From: a virus
Taxonomy: Duplodnaviria; Caudoviricetes
DNA length: 33,970 bases
Virus record (IMG/VR): IMGVR_UViG_3300032233_001729
Span: 1 to 33,970 of that record
Strand: one strand, 5' to 3'
This document shows positions 15,401 to 23,559 of the stretch, piece by piece. The notes under the pieces were generated by a model. That model saw only the letters and a program-made list of their open reading frames with translations, ran no database searches and was not told where the DNA came from. The position numbers and the translations under genes were made by a program. Positions within the stretch are counted from its first letter, which is position 1. Every line of letters begins with the position of its first letter.

Positions 15401-18057
15401 GTAACGTTCAGAACATTAATAGAATCGCCAACATTTAAACGGTGAGGTAATTCTGCAACTACAGTGACTGTATTGGAAGTAACAGAACAAGTAGAAATAA
15501 ATCTTGGATTTCTATTATATGCATAATCTGCTGAACTGAGAGAAGTTAAAGTAAAATCAGAAACTCCTCTTACTCCAGTGCTACTTGAATCTTGAAGTAC
15601 ATAACCTTCAACTGGATCTCTAGCATATAAAGTTTCTTTTGGAATTACAACTCTCAGTTTGTAAATCTTCTCATCAATACTTCTTGAATCTGTCGATCTC
15701 TTGATGTAAGTAATATTCGTTGAGGATCCTAATGTAGCCGTACCATAAGTTGCACACTCAGTATAAATTGAATTATTTGCATTTGTATGAACAAACCAAT
15801 TGCTTCTATTTGAGTCCCATTGAATTGGTGATCCAAGATCATTTGGTTCTTTATCAGATACTCTACTTACAACACTTAGAGAATCTCCACCATAAAATGT
15901 AATTGGCGTACCTACACTTGCGTTTGTATAAGAAGATGCAAGTTGAATTGTTGAACTATCATATACAATTGCATAATATACTGTATTTTCTGTAATATTT
16001 TCTGGTAAATCTCCAGTATCACTAAACATTCTAATTGATTCACCAGTTTTAAGATTGTGAGTCGGAGTAGTGGTAAATACTGTCCCAAGTCCACTTACAC
16101 TTACACTATATTTCTTTTCACTTGTATTTGTTCCAAGTACTGCTGTTGTTCCGACAGAAACAGCATTATTCGCCATATAAACATTTGCCGTATTGGTATT
16201 AGCACTGTTTATTTGACTTGTTACATAAAGTTGTTCATCATAATTTGCACCAATACGATATCCTTGAACAATATTTGTTGGAGGATTATCATAAGTATTA
16301 AATCCAAAAAGATAAAGATGACTTGAAATACCTACAGCAGTTGTAAGTCCAACATCAACTTGAACCCAAGAAACATTACTAGATGTGATTGAACTAATGC
16401 TACTATTTGTAATTGCTCTTGGAGCAACAATTGATGTTACATATGCCGTATCATCTTTTCCAAATGCCGCAGCTTTAAATCCCGATGCAGTAATTGAATT
16501 TTGTCCAAAGTTAGAGTTTGAGTTGGTAATACTTGCATCAGCACCATTTACACCTTCAAAATGTTTTGTGAATCCAATTGCAAATACAGAAACAACCTGA
16601 ACAAATGCATCATTTGAAAGTTTGATGTGAGTATTTTCCCATCCATTTCTATAGATTGCATCAGGATTTAAGTGATAAACACTTCCAGGATCAGTGGAGG
16701 CTGAACCAGAGGCTAGTAAAGATCCTGTGACTTTAGTATAATTAATTCCTTGATAATCTCTAGATGATTGATTATATGCTACAAATGCACGATCATCTTT
16801 TTGTAGCGATACACCAGTAAACTGAGCAACAACCATTGAACGGAAACCTGATGCCTTAGCACCATCAGCGTGCATTCCGTTCATACCCCAAATAGATCTC
16901 AATGAGATATTGAAGATATATGGTGATGCACCAGATACGGTATCAGTTTCAATTGTAACTGTTCCGTTTGATAGGCTTGGTGATGCTGCTAAATTATTTC
17001 TTACATAGGATAAGAGATATGTAAATTGAGTTGAACTAATTACATTTTGAACAGTTGTTGAGATATTATAGTCAGTTGTATTAACTCCATTAATTTTGAT
17101 TGGAATTCCTGTCTGTAAATTATGAGGACTGGAGGTTGTAACGGTAACAATTGTAGATGCAGTAGTTCCATCTCCAGAAATAATTGCAGAGATAGTAACT
17201 GGATCTGTTGAAAATGCACCTACAATTTCCCATTCTGGATTTTGTTTTGCAAATCCTGTTGTTGAAGTTGGATACTTTTCTGGAATGTCTCTACCAGATG
17301 CAGTATTAAATGCGTTGGATAATTTCGCATAATACATATCCAAATCGGTGATTGTATATCCCGTTGGAACATTTACACCATCTGCATACTCAAAACAAGT
17401 CAGTTTGTGGTGAGAGAATGTGGGAGTCGCCTGATTATTTGCAGAGAAATCAGTATTATTTGTATAAACTAATCCATTTTGATTTGCATCAAATAATGAA
17501 AACTGCCAGAAGTAGCAGGCACCAGTAATTCTAAAGATTGCAGATCTAGCAACTGCAGGATCCGTTGGATTAGGAACATACAGTGGTCTGAGTTTTGTCT
17601 TCCTTAAATCAAGTCCAACAATTGAAGTTCCTCTTGGTACAACTACACCACCATTAATACTATTGAAAGTATAAAGTGCATTTTCAGATTGGGTTAAGTC
17701 AAAGTTTGATGTTTGTGTAAGAGAGAATGTTGCTGATGCTAAAGACTGAGCCCCCGATGGCGAAACTCCATATGCAGTTCCACTTATCTCCTTAATTGCA
17801 TATCCTGGACGGTTATCAATTACGTGCTCTCCAGGAAACAACAGAATCGTTGTTTTTTCTGTAATATCGTTTTTATTTCCTAAAATATATGAAAATCTTG
17901 CAGCCTCAAGTATGGCTCTTTGAATCGTTTTAAATGGCTGTGTTAATGAATTTCCTTGATTTGTGATTGCATCAGTCGCATCAAGATCATTCGGGTTAAC
18001 ATAAAGAATACGACCCTCGGTATTCTTGATGAAATTATCTAATTTATTAAGTGGCAA
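12487..18057 (-). CDS. Long tail fibre protein with C-terminal intramolecular chaperone (peptidase S74)
   Basis: 1856 aa; repeated VT...PH.L..G domains; C-terminus SDQRLKDNI...GVIAQE...YDQLVPLLIEAIKEL; TTG start. Confidence 0.88.
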   Translation of the reverse strand: MPLNKLDNFIKNTEGRILYVNPNDLDATDAITNQGNSLTQPFKTIQRAILEAARFSYILGNKNDITEKTTILLFPGEHVIDNRPGYAIKEISGTAYGVSPSGAQSLASATFSLTQTSNFDLTQSENALYTFNSINGGVVVPRGTSIVGLDLRKTKLRPLYVPNPTDPAVARSAIFRITGACYFWQFSLFDANQNGLVYTNNTDFSANNQATPTFSHHKLTCFEYADGVNVPTGYTITDLDMYYAKLSNAFNTASGRDIPEKYPTSTTGFAKQNPEWEIVGAFSTDPVTISAIISGDGTTASTIVTVTTSSPHNLQTGIPIKINGVNTTDYNISTTVQNVISSTQFTYLLSYVRNNLAASPSLSNGTVTIETDTVSGASPYIFNISLRSIWGMNGMHADGAKASGFRSMVVAQFTGVSLQKDDRAFVAYNQSSRDYQGINYTKVTGSLLASGSASTDPGSVYHLNPDAIYRNGWENTHIKLSNDAFVQVVSVFAIGFTKHFEGVNGADASITNSNSNFGQNSITASGFKAAAFGKDDTAYVTSIVAPRAITNSSISSITSSNVSWVQVDVGLTTAVGISSHLYLFGFNTYDNPPTNIVQGYRIGANYDEQLYVTSQINSANTNTANVYMANNAVSVGTTAVLGTNTSEKKYSVSVSGLGTVFTTTPTHNLKTGESIRMFSDTGDLPENITENTVYYAIVYDSSTIQLASSYTNASVGTPITFYGGDSLSVVSRVSDKEPNDLGSPIQWDSNRSNWFVHTNANNSIYTECATYGTATLGSSTNITYIKRSTDSRSIDEKIYKLRVVIPKETLYARDPVEGYVLQDSSSTGVRGVSDFTLTSLSSADYAYNRNPRFISTCSVTSNTVTVVAELPHRLNVGDSINVLNVTDTNNTTGVANSSYNGTFTVASISSTDDKTFTYSTTDTSGIVHTPGSFTNDVNTRTTVLPRFQRNNLQSNYYIYRNEVITNYSYGVQDGVYHIYALNAKNAVPVQFTDTKYSQNVVNLYPQLDRDNLSENPYSTSSFALRSPVGQVATSDVQKSITRETSDQFVKDFGVGLKISSVTAASGGISTITFDRPHGLSGIATYSSLTAGASYTSGTYYNVKLLNTSSDPTIGTWKGATAKVTVTGGAVVGAQIISGGSGYSNGEALLFDRTKIGTGNGNARFNIVTSGITSAVGNSVQITGAGTTSSLYTRIQSVLSTTQVSVATTTGDPTLLSSQYVFITGQSIPISSASYTSSSGITTFTFANYHGLLAGNKFRVVDSSNNNLGDYIVNVRSGVTSFTAYTGKQLTSPAYILKHGLSANAGISDVTGENVGIRDIAFFANDSLTVVAFTDDTHIRVSAGIATAARFPLGTYIQIDNEILRVISSSLGGTNNDELTVIRGTLGTTKQAHDVGSLIRKINPLPIEFRRPSILRASNQTFEYLGYGPGNYSTSLPQLQINNLNDTETYLAQSQQKSCGTVVYTGMNNNGDFYIGNKKLSSKTGSEVVFDAPVPTVRGESANALSVIYDEVTVKQRLIVEGGNSNNLLSQFNGPVTFNGFVTINASSNIVGIVNFVNVTNSTSPTTGALIISGGVGIAKNLNVGANVSIGGTLGVTSATTLSSTLAVTSATTLSSTLSVTGVSTFNNNVTLVGSNTAATEYFKIQNASAVDKFTVDTSSGNTTVAGTLNVTGITTLSNILNVTGDVTTNGALYVTNTSSTSGGDIYVNGGTDGIFRIWNTTNSGQIGFNIKDGAGTYNTIINVNNSSVEIAGALNVSGDITAFYTSDQRLKDNITPIPNALDKVLSISGNTFDWNEKSGKEGTEAGVIAQEILEVLPEAVTTRDNGYLAVKYDQLVPLLIEAIKELKAEIDELKRG
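13210..13276. repeat. Intragenic direct repeat with 36-bp period (VTSATTLSSTL twice)
   Basis: agtagaacttagtgtcgtagcactagtaaca occurs twice. Confidence 0.9.
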
Positions 18058-18087
18058 TTTCCTACACCATTACTTTCTTATATGCTT

Positions 18088-18094
18088 TATTTAT
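18088..18094 (-). promoter_or_regulatory. Late promoter ATAAATA
   Basis: 30 nt upstream of the long fibre gene. Confidence 0.7.
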
Positions 18095-18393
18095 TCAGAT
18101 AAATCCTCTTCCAATTCCTCATCTTCTGGAAGATCTTCTGGATTTTCTAATTCTGACTCTAAATCAAATATTAGAGGATGTGCCTGCTCATCAATTAAGT
18201 AAAATGAGGCAGAATAAAGATCCTCAGCATCATAATCCCTCTCCTTATCGGCAAGGGCAATGATTTCTGGATCGGAACTTGCGATTTCTGGCAACTCATC
18301 AAACGTAAAAGGTATATCTTGAATGAGATATAATTTCACGATCATGCTTGCATTATTATACCAGCAATACTTGGTCGTGATTTTGTATTTCAT
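18091..18393 (-). CDS. Acidic hypothetical protein
   Basis: 100 aa; ATAAATA at 18419-18425 upstream. Confidence 0.8.
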   Translation of the reverse strand: MKYKITTKYCWYNNASMIVKLYLIQDIPFTFDELPEIASSDPEIIALADKERDYDAEDLYSASFYLIDEQAHPLIFDLESELENPEDLPEDEELEEDLSE

Positions 18394-18436
18394 TTGAAAT
18401 ACACAACTTTACATAATGTATTTATTTTAACAATTA

Positions 18437-18519
18437 TGGGCATAGTCGGACTTGAACCGACAAGGGAGATTCCCGACTGATTTTAAGTCAGTTGTGTTTA
18501 CCAATTTCACCATACGCCC
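18437..18519 (-). tRNA. trnL: tRNA-Leu(UAA)
   Basis: Acceptor GGGCGTA/TATGCCC plus A; anticodon arm ACTGA-CTTAAAA-TCAGT; long variable arm; GTTCAAGTC T-arm; CCA not encoded after the discriminator. Confidence 0.95.
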
Positions 18520-18547
18520 GTGTATAAGACTATCATAAGATAGTCAA

Positions 18548-18619
18548 TGGGAATACTGGGAGTTGAACCCAGACACAGCCCTTATAAGGAGCCCGCTCTA
18601 ACCATTAAGCTATACTCCC
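18548..18619 (-). tRNA. trnI: tRNA-Ile(UAU)
   Basis: Acceptor GGGAGTA/TATTCCC plus A; anticodon arm GGCTC-CTTATAA-GGGCT; GTTCAAC T-loop. Confidence 0.92.
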
Positions 18620-18627
18620 AATAAAGA

Positions 18628-18744
18628 TCACGAACCTTCGTCGTGATCAGTGTATAATCGTATCAATTCATGATACTCATCATACTCTATATCTTCTTCC
18701 AGCACTTCCTCATTTTCTGGAAACTGCAAGTTCTGCGTATTCAA
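18628..18744 (-). CDS. Possible small acidic protein (TTG start, 38 aa)
   Basis: Open frame (M)NTQNLQFPENEEVLEEDIEYDEYHELIRLYTDHDEGS overlapping the upstream ORF. Confidence 0.4.
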   Translation of the reverse strand: MNTQNLQFPENEEVLEEDIEYDEYHELIRLYTDHDEGS

Positions 18745-18904
18745 TTTGAGATGGTTTAAGTTTTTCATTTACAAGATTCCAAGCTTCTATAAATTGCCTT
18801 GGTGTTTTACAACTCATGTAGTTTAGTTCTTGTTGATCTCCGACAAGAAGAAAAGTTCTTGAGCAAAGATCAATCACAACACCACGAATACATTCAAGTT
18901 TCAT
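18710..18904 (-). CDS. Hypothetical protein
   Basis: 64 aa, downstream of early and late promoter motifs. Confidence 0.7.
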   Translation of the reverse strand: MKLECIRGVVIDLCSRTFLLVGDQQELNYMSCKTPRQFIEAWNLVNEKLKPSQIEYAELAVSRK

Positions 18905-18916
18905 TTGAGTTTTGGT

Positions 18917-18954
18917 TATTTAGATATTGTAGCACAAGGCTCTTTGTTCGTCAA
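18917..18954 (-). promoter_or_regulatory. sigma70 promoter TTGACG-17-TACAAT followed by late TAAATA
   Basis: Boxes at 18949-18954 and 18926-18931; TAAATA at 18917-18922. Confidence 0.7.
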
Positions 18955-19121
18955 GCCTGATACTCAAGTTCTCCACGAAGTTCTGCAAGTTTAGCTGTTG
19001 CAAGACATTCTACACAAGTCCAGAAGGTTTCGCCACTCACCATTTCTTGTGAGCAATAGAATTCGGCGGAATCTTCAATCAAACCAGTCAGGGCATCAAG
19101 TTGATCTTGAGTCAGAGTCAT
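18951..19121 (-). CDS. Small hypothetical protein (MTLTQDQLDALTGLIEDSAEFYCSQEMVSGETFWTCVECLATAKLAELRGELEYQA)
   Basis: 56-aa ORF absent from the track, directly behind a consensus promoter. Confidence 0.75.
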   Translation of the reverse strand: MTLTQDQLDALTGLIEDSAEFYCSQEMVSGETFWTCVECLATAKLAELRGELEYQA

Positions 19122-19146
19122 GTGGATTGGGTGGGTTTACCTCAGC

Positions 19147-19175
19147 ATTATAGGGCATCCTGAGAGGGATGTCAA
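19147..19175 (-). promoter_or_regulatory. Consensus sigma70 promoter TTGACA-17-TATAAT with a hairpin across the spacer
   Basis: TTGACAtccctctcaggatgcccTATAAT; CATCC/GGATG stem. Confidence 0.88.
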
Positions 19176-19405
19176 GTGGTTAGTCCAAGTAAACTTTTTA
19201 GTTCTTCTACAGTTAATCCAGAAGCCCGTAGCTTTTGTTCTGGTGTTGGTGGAGTTGGTTCTGGAATTGGATCTTCTGGAAGAGGTTCATTACCTTCTTC
19301 TAACCATAAGAGATACTGTTGATAATCAACATTTCCTGGATCTAAAGGAATACAGGCGTGATCCTCAATTCGGATAATTACGTCAAATCTTGTGAGTTTA
19401 TACAT
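19172..19405 (-). CDS. Small putative fibre chaperone/partner, paralog of 24658..24891
   Basis: IP.DP.N.DYQQY..W..EGN.P motif; C-terminus EQKLRASGLTVEELKSLLGL. Confidence 0.75.
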   Translation of the reverse strand: MYKLTRFDVIIRIEDHACIPLDPGNVDYQQYLLWLEEGNEPLPEDPIPEPTPPTPEQKLRASGLTVEELKSLLGLTT

Positions 19406-19414
19406 GGTGTTATC

Positions 19415-20626
19415 TTAAAATTCTGCGGAAGCATAAACAGTTCTGTAACTATTGTCGCCCCAGGTGAAGACATTTCCTCCTCCAGAGTCGTTCGAGATAT
19501 TAAGATAGTTTCCCATGGCGTATCCCCTAAAACCATTTACTGAGCTGTTAGCACCATCTATTGAACCGTTTAGGTTTATACCGGAACCAAGATCACTAAA
19601 ACTGATGACTTGTATGGCATGTGGAAATCCAGTCATCGTCGGAGCTACTCTTTTTGTAACGTTAAATGAGGCATAGCATCTGGTGTCTCCGTTGCCTCTA
19701 TATGTAGTACCCATTGGAAAATAACTTATAACCTCATAATATCTCTGGCAGAGGGCAAGCTCCTGCCCATAGCTTCTTCTCTCAAAAGGAGTCGCAACTG
19801 AACCTAATTCTAATTGAACACCAGTAACTTGAAATGTAGCATTAAGAGTACTAATAATATTTACAGATGTTGTAGATCTATTAATTGGTCCTGTAAGCCA
19901 AGTATTCAATGTAGAAGTTTGATATGTACTTCCAGAGCCCATATCAAAAAGAATTCCATATCCTCGGTTAGTATCTAGGTAAGGAACTTGTCCAGTATCA
20001 CCAGGAACAGTTATGGTTACATATTGCCAGGTATTTGCCGAGTTGATCGTATAGTTGAATATATAAGATCTATAATTTGTAACGTTACTACTTTGAAGAC
20101 ATCCTGAAAAAGTTCCAGTTAATGATGATTTAACCCAAAAAGAAAATGTGACTGTTTTTGCCGATGCAGTTCCATAGGCAAAATCAATTATATTTTGTCC
20201 TTCTATACTTTGAATAAACGTAAAAGTATCACTAGCAGCAGGAGTTTTTGCATTAGTTGTTGTCCATTTCAAACTATAAAGAAATCCTGCAGGAGCATCT
20301 GCAACTCTTTGAACTGTAGCAGTACCAGTTCCAGAACCACCGACACATTGAGTAAACCATCTATCAACTGTATAGCCAGTAGTATTATTAAAAGATACAG
20401 AACCACCACTATTTCTCTGATCTATTTCCATCGCAGAATTTATCAGTTTATTGCGTGTGCCGCTGAGAGGACCTCCATTAAGTGAAGATACTAAAAGATT
20501 ATTTACAGTAGATGCAATAGAAACTGTAGTAGCACTAAGTGATCCAACAGTAATATTAGTAAGAGCACTCCAAGAACCAGTATCTGAAGTGATCGTATTA
20601 GTGGAACCTGAAATTTGAATGCTCAT
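19415..20626 (-). CDS. Putative fibre/adhesin tip (carbohydrate-binding-like core plus C-terminal domain), paralog of 24897..26051
   Basis: RNKLINSAMEIDQR...TFSFWVKS...GVQLELGSVATPFERR...LCQRYY; ATAAATA at 20640-20646. Confidence 0.8.
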   Translation of the reverse strand: MSIQISGSTNTITSDTGSWSALTNITVGSLSATTVSIASTVNNLLVSSLNGGPLSGTRNKLINSAMEIDQRNSGGSVSFNNTTGYTVDRWFTQCVGGSGTGTATVQRVADAPAGFLYSLKWTTTNAKTPAASDTFTFIQSIEGQNIIDFAYGTASAKTVTFSFWVKSSLTGTFSGCLQSSNVTNYRSYIFNYTINSANTWQYVTITVPGDTGQVPYLDTNRGYGILFDMGSGSTYQTSTLNTWLTGPINRSTTSVNIISTLNATFQVTGVQLELGSVATPFERRSYGQELALCQRYYEVISYFPMGTTYRGNGDTRCYASFNVTKRVAPTMTGFPHAIQVISFSDLGSGINLNGSIDGANSSVNGFRGYAMGNYLNISNDSGGGNVFTWGDNSYRTVYASAEF

Positions 20627-20634
20627 AATATTTT

Positions 20635-20895
20635 TTAGATATTTATGGATTCCAAAGGTAATTCATCCGTTCTTTCTTTAACAGATTTGATAGGTGCTGC
20701 AAGAACAATATCATCCTTTGTTCCCGAAATTTCTCCACCTTGTGAAGTAATTCTGTCTACTTCTAGATTTACAATTTCGTCAATTGCAATTCTACATCTA
20801 TTATGCACTGCATTTTCAATCCATTCTTGAGGATCATAAGTAACATATTCTAATGCTTTTTGTTGAGCATCTGTGAGTGTAATTGTGTATTTCAT
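20635..20895 (-). CDS. Small putative partner protein of the C1q-like gene
   Basis: 86 aa, DPQEWIENAVHNRCRIAIDEI. Confidence 0.7.
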   Translation of the reverse strand: MKYTITLTDAQQKALEYVTYDPQEWIENAVHNRCRIAIDEIVNLEVDRITSQGGEISGTKDDIVLAAPIKSVKERTDELPLESINI

Positions 20896-20899
20896 AAAT

Positions 20900-21388
20900 T
20901 TATCCTACTAAAAATCCATAGAAAAATGAATGGTTGTCTGCAAAATAAAAATTAGTAGCAGCCTCTGCTTGTAATTGACAATAAACATAATCATTAACAT
21001 TTAGATAAACTGTACAATGCAGATTTAAGCTGAATGGATAGCTAGCATTAGGAGCAAATATTAAATATGCAGGAGCATTACTATTTGCTGCTATGTACTG
21101 TCTTGTTATTGCACTTGTTGCTTGTCGGTAAGCATGAAATCCAAAATGATAAGTTCCTGCTACTGGAGCTGTAAATCTTCCAGTAGAGTTATTGTAACAA
21201 TTTCCCAAATTATGTTGAGTTGTAGACCAAATCACAGTAGTATTAGAACTTCCATAACTAATATCACCTGCAGTTCCATAAGCTTTGAATGATATATTTT
21301 GAGCCATAGTAACCCTACCTGAACTATCAATATTTAAAGCAGCGGTGCCATTACTATGTTGAATGGAATTAACTTTTAAGGTACTCAT
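20900..21388 (-). CDS. C1q/TNF-like domain protein (putative adhesin)
   Basis: YNNSTGRFTAPVAGTYHF...LNVNDYV...FYGFLVG. Confidence 0.8.
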   Translation of the reverse strand: MSTLKVNSIQHSNGTAALNIDSSGRVTMAQNISFKAYGTAGDISYGSSNTTVIWSTTQHNLGNCYNNSTGRFTAPVAGTYHFGFHAYRQATSAITRQYIAANSNAPAYLIFAPNASYPFSLNLHCTVYLNVNDYVYCQLQAEAATNFYFADNHSFFYGFLVG

Positions 21389-21816
21389 AATCCCAAAAGA
21401 CCCTTCAATTCTTCAACGGATAATCCAGCATTTTGAAGTTTTTCTTCTGCTGATAACTCTGGTGCATTTTCTACTTGCCAAGAATCTCCATCCCAAACAA
21501 GTTTTTGATTTGGTGTGATTACTGGAGGAATTTCTTTTGTAACATTCTGTGGAGCATTTCTTGGATCTTGATTGTTTATATAGAGTCCAATATTTTCTTC
21601 TGCTGTTGAAAAATAATCTCCTCTTAAATCTTCAATGGTGTCCCAATAATCAGTTTCCACATTAAAGACATGAACTTTGTTTAGTTGTGGTTCTGGGGGT
21701 GGAATTTTTGTCGCACTTGCTGGAATTAAAAATACTCCAGGTTCTAATGGAGATTCATCAGCATTGGAACTTCCCAAGTAATGTTTAGTTTCTATGTGAT
21801 AATTATAAATTTTCAT
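21385..21816 (-). CDS. Tail fibre assembly (Tfa-like) chaperone
   Basis: IYNYH...ESPLEPGVFLIPASAT..PP...W..IEDLRG. Confidence 0.75.
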   Translation of the reverse strand: MKIYNYHIETKHYLGSSNADESPLEPGVFLIPASATKIPPPEPQLNKVHVFNVETDYWDTIEDLRGDYFSTAEENIGLYINNQDPRNAPQNVTKEIPPVITPNQKLVWDGDSWQVENAPELSAEEKLQNAGLSVEELKGLLGL

Positions 21817-21841
21817 AGCATTTATGATAGTAAATTACAAA

Positions 21842-22429
21842 TTAGTATTGAAAATACATCCAACCCGTACAGATATATTTAGAAGTATTTATGGGAGAAT
21901 TACCCCTATGCACATAAGTCCAAGATGCGGGAAATACTAATAATTTTCCTTTTTCGGGTTTAATTTTTTCACCACTAATAAATTCAGTTTCTCCACCTTC
22001 TTCTACATCATTCAAATAAAAGATATAAGTTAAAATTCTAGCATAATTATCTACTAAGAAAAAATCATTATGCCACTTATAAAATCCATCTGGATCTGTT
22101 TTTTGTATTTGAAATCCACTATCTTTAATATCCTGATCTTTAGAAAATCCTGCAGGAAAATCTAGATCGGAAAGATATGTAAAATATTCTTGAATTCCTT
22201 CTTGTAATTTAGTGTGTAATGTTTCCTGAACATCAAACCAATTTTCTGGATTATTAATAAGATGTAAATCTAAAGATTGTTTAACTGTCGGATCATATGT
22301 AGATCCTTCATGGGTAGCACTACCAATTCTCCCCTTAATTTTAGTTGAATCTTTTTCAAATCTATCAATCATAACATCACAGATGTTATCACTTAATAAA
22401 TTTTTCTTTTCCCAAATCAAATAGTCCAT
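21842..22429 (-). CDS. 2OG-Fe(II) oxygenase (prolyl-4-hydroxylase-like)
   Basis: WHND...YLNDVEEGGETEF...PEKGKLLVFP..W.YVHRG. Confidence 0.9.
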   Translation of the reverse strand: MDYLIWEKKNLLSDNICDVMIDRFEKDSTKIKGRIGSATHEGSTYDPTVKQSLDLHLINNPENWFDVQETLHTKLQEGIQEYFTYLSDLDFPAGFSKDQDIKDSGFQIQKTDPDGFYKWHNDFFLVDNYARILTYIFYLNDVEEGGETEFISGEKIKPEKGKLLVFPASWTYVHRGNSPINTSKYICTGWMYFQY

Positions 22430-22450
22430 AAAATTTTAAAAAAATAATGT

Positions 22451-23011
22451 TTAGTATTTTATACAAGCTAATAATGCTCTATTTCTGGGGTGAATATCTT
22501 CACCTCCCCATAAGTAACCTTGTGCTGCAGATGGATTACTCCACGTACCAGTAAATTGTGCTCCAGACCAACCATTAACACCATAAATTCCTTTACCTGT
22601 ATTGGATGGTCCATGAGTATATCCACCATTCCATCCACCACCAACTTCAACAACCCATAAAGATTTCCAATCATGATCTTGGAATGATGATATTGATCTT
22701 CCAGAATCATAGGCACCTCTACCATCATCAAATGATCTAACAAATTCTCCTCTTAAATCTGGTATATTAAATGATGCTCCACTACCACCATAATTATAAC
22801 CAATTGCAGAAAATAAATCTGGATACGTTGTAGTTGATAATGAAGCACCATTTGCTTTTAGATAGCCTGCTGGAATACTATTGTACGCACAAAATATTAT
22901 ACCACCAGTTGGAAATATTCCATTAGCTCTAATTGCATTATTAATTTGATTGTTTGTTCCATCTAAAACTACTCTATTAGATGGATCTCTTCCAATGTTA
23001 ATGGTTGACAT
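22451..23011 (-). CDS. Phage tail collar domain protein, copy 2
   Basis: PTGGI...PAGYLKANG...YPDLFSAIG..YG...FNIPDLRGEFVR. Confidence 0.88.
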   Translation of the reverse strand: MSTINIGRDPSNRVVLDGTNNQINNAIRANGIFPTGGIIFCAYNSIPAGYLKANGASLSTTTYPDLFSAIGYNYGGSGASFNIPDLRGEFVRSFDDGRGAYDSGRSISSFQDHDWKSLWVVEVGGGWNGGYTHGPSNTGKGIYGVNGWSGAQFTGTWSNPSAAQGYLWGGEDIHPRNRALLACIKY

Positions 23012-23013
23012 TT

Positions 23014-23559
23014 TCAGTATTTAATACAAGCTAATAATGCTCTATTTCTAGGTCTAACTTCATCACTTCCCCATAGATAGCCTTGTGCTGCAGATGGATT
23101 ACTCCATTGTCCAGTAAATTGTGCCCCAGTCCAACCATTAACACCATAAATTCCTTTACCCGTATTGGATGGTCCATGAGTATATCCACCATTCCATCCA
23201 TAACCCACTTCAACAACCCATAAAGATTTCCAATCATGATCTTGAAATGATCCAATTGATCTCCCAGAATCATAGGCACCTCTACCATCGTCAAGAGATC
23301 TGATAAATTCTCCTCTTAGTTCTGGAACACTAAATGATTCCCCACTACCTCCATAAGTATAACCAATTGCAGCATATAAATCCGGATAAGCTGATGTTGA
23401 AAGAGAAGCACCATTACACTTCAAATAACCAGTTGGAACTGATGAATTTGCAAAATAAATTACAGATCCAACTGGAATAATACCTTCTGCACGAATTGCT
23501 CCAGTAATTACTCCGGTTGCTCCACTTATTGATACTGAACCAAAATTTAAAGTACTCAT
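23014..23559 (-). CDS. Phage tail collar domain protein, copy 1
   Basis: PVGSV...PTGYLKCNG...YPDLYAAIG.TYG...PELRGEFIR. Confidence 0.88.
   Translation of the reverse strand: MSTLNFGSVSISGATGVITGAIRAEGIIPVGSVIYFANSSVPTGYLKCNGASLSTSAYPDLYAAIGYTYGGSGESFSVPELRGEFIRSLDDGRGAYDSGRSIGSFQDHDWKSLWVVEVGYGWNGGYTHGPSNTGKGIYGVNGWTGAQFTGQWSNPSAAQGYLWGSDEVRPRNRALLACIKY

Noticed and set aside
18437-18619. tRNAs as prophage attachment sites
   Set aside because: No integrase and no duplicated tRNA 3' end seen; phage-like genes continue on both sides
22468-23294. Two similar out-of-frame ORFs inside the collar genes
   Set aside because: Their similarity follows from the duplicated host genes; no independent evidence of coding
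22451-23335. Diversity-generating retroelement template/variable repeat pair
   Set aside because: Mismatches are not adenine-specific (e.g. CCC/CCT), many are synonymous, both copies are intact genes, and no reverse transcriptase is in the window
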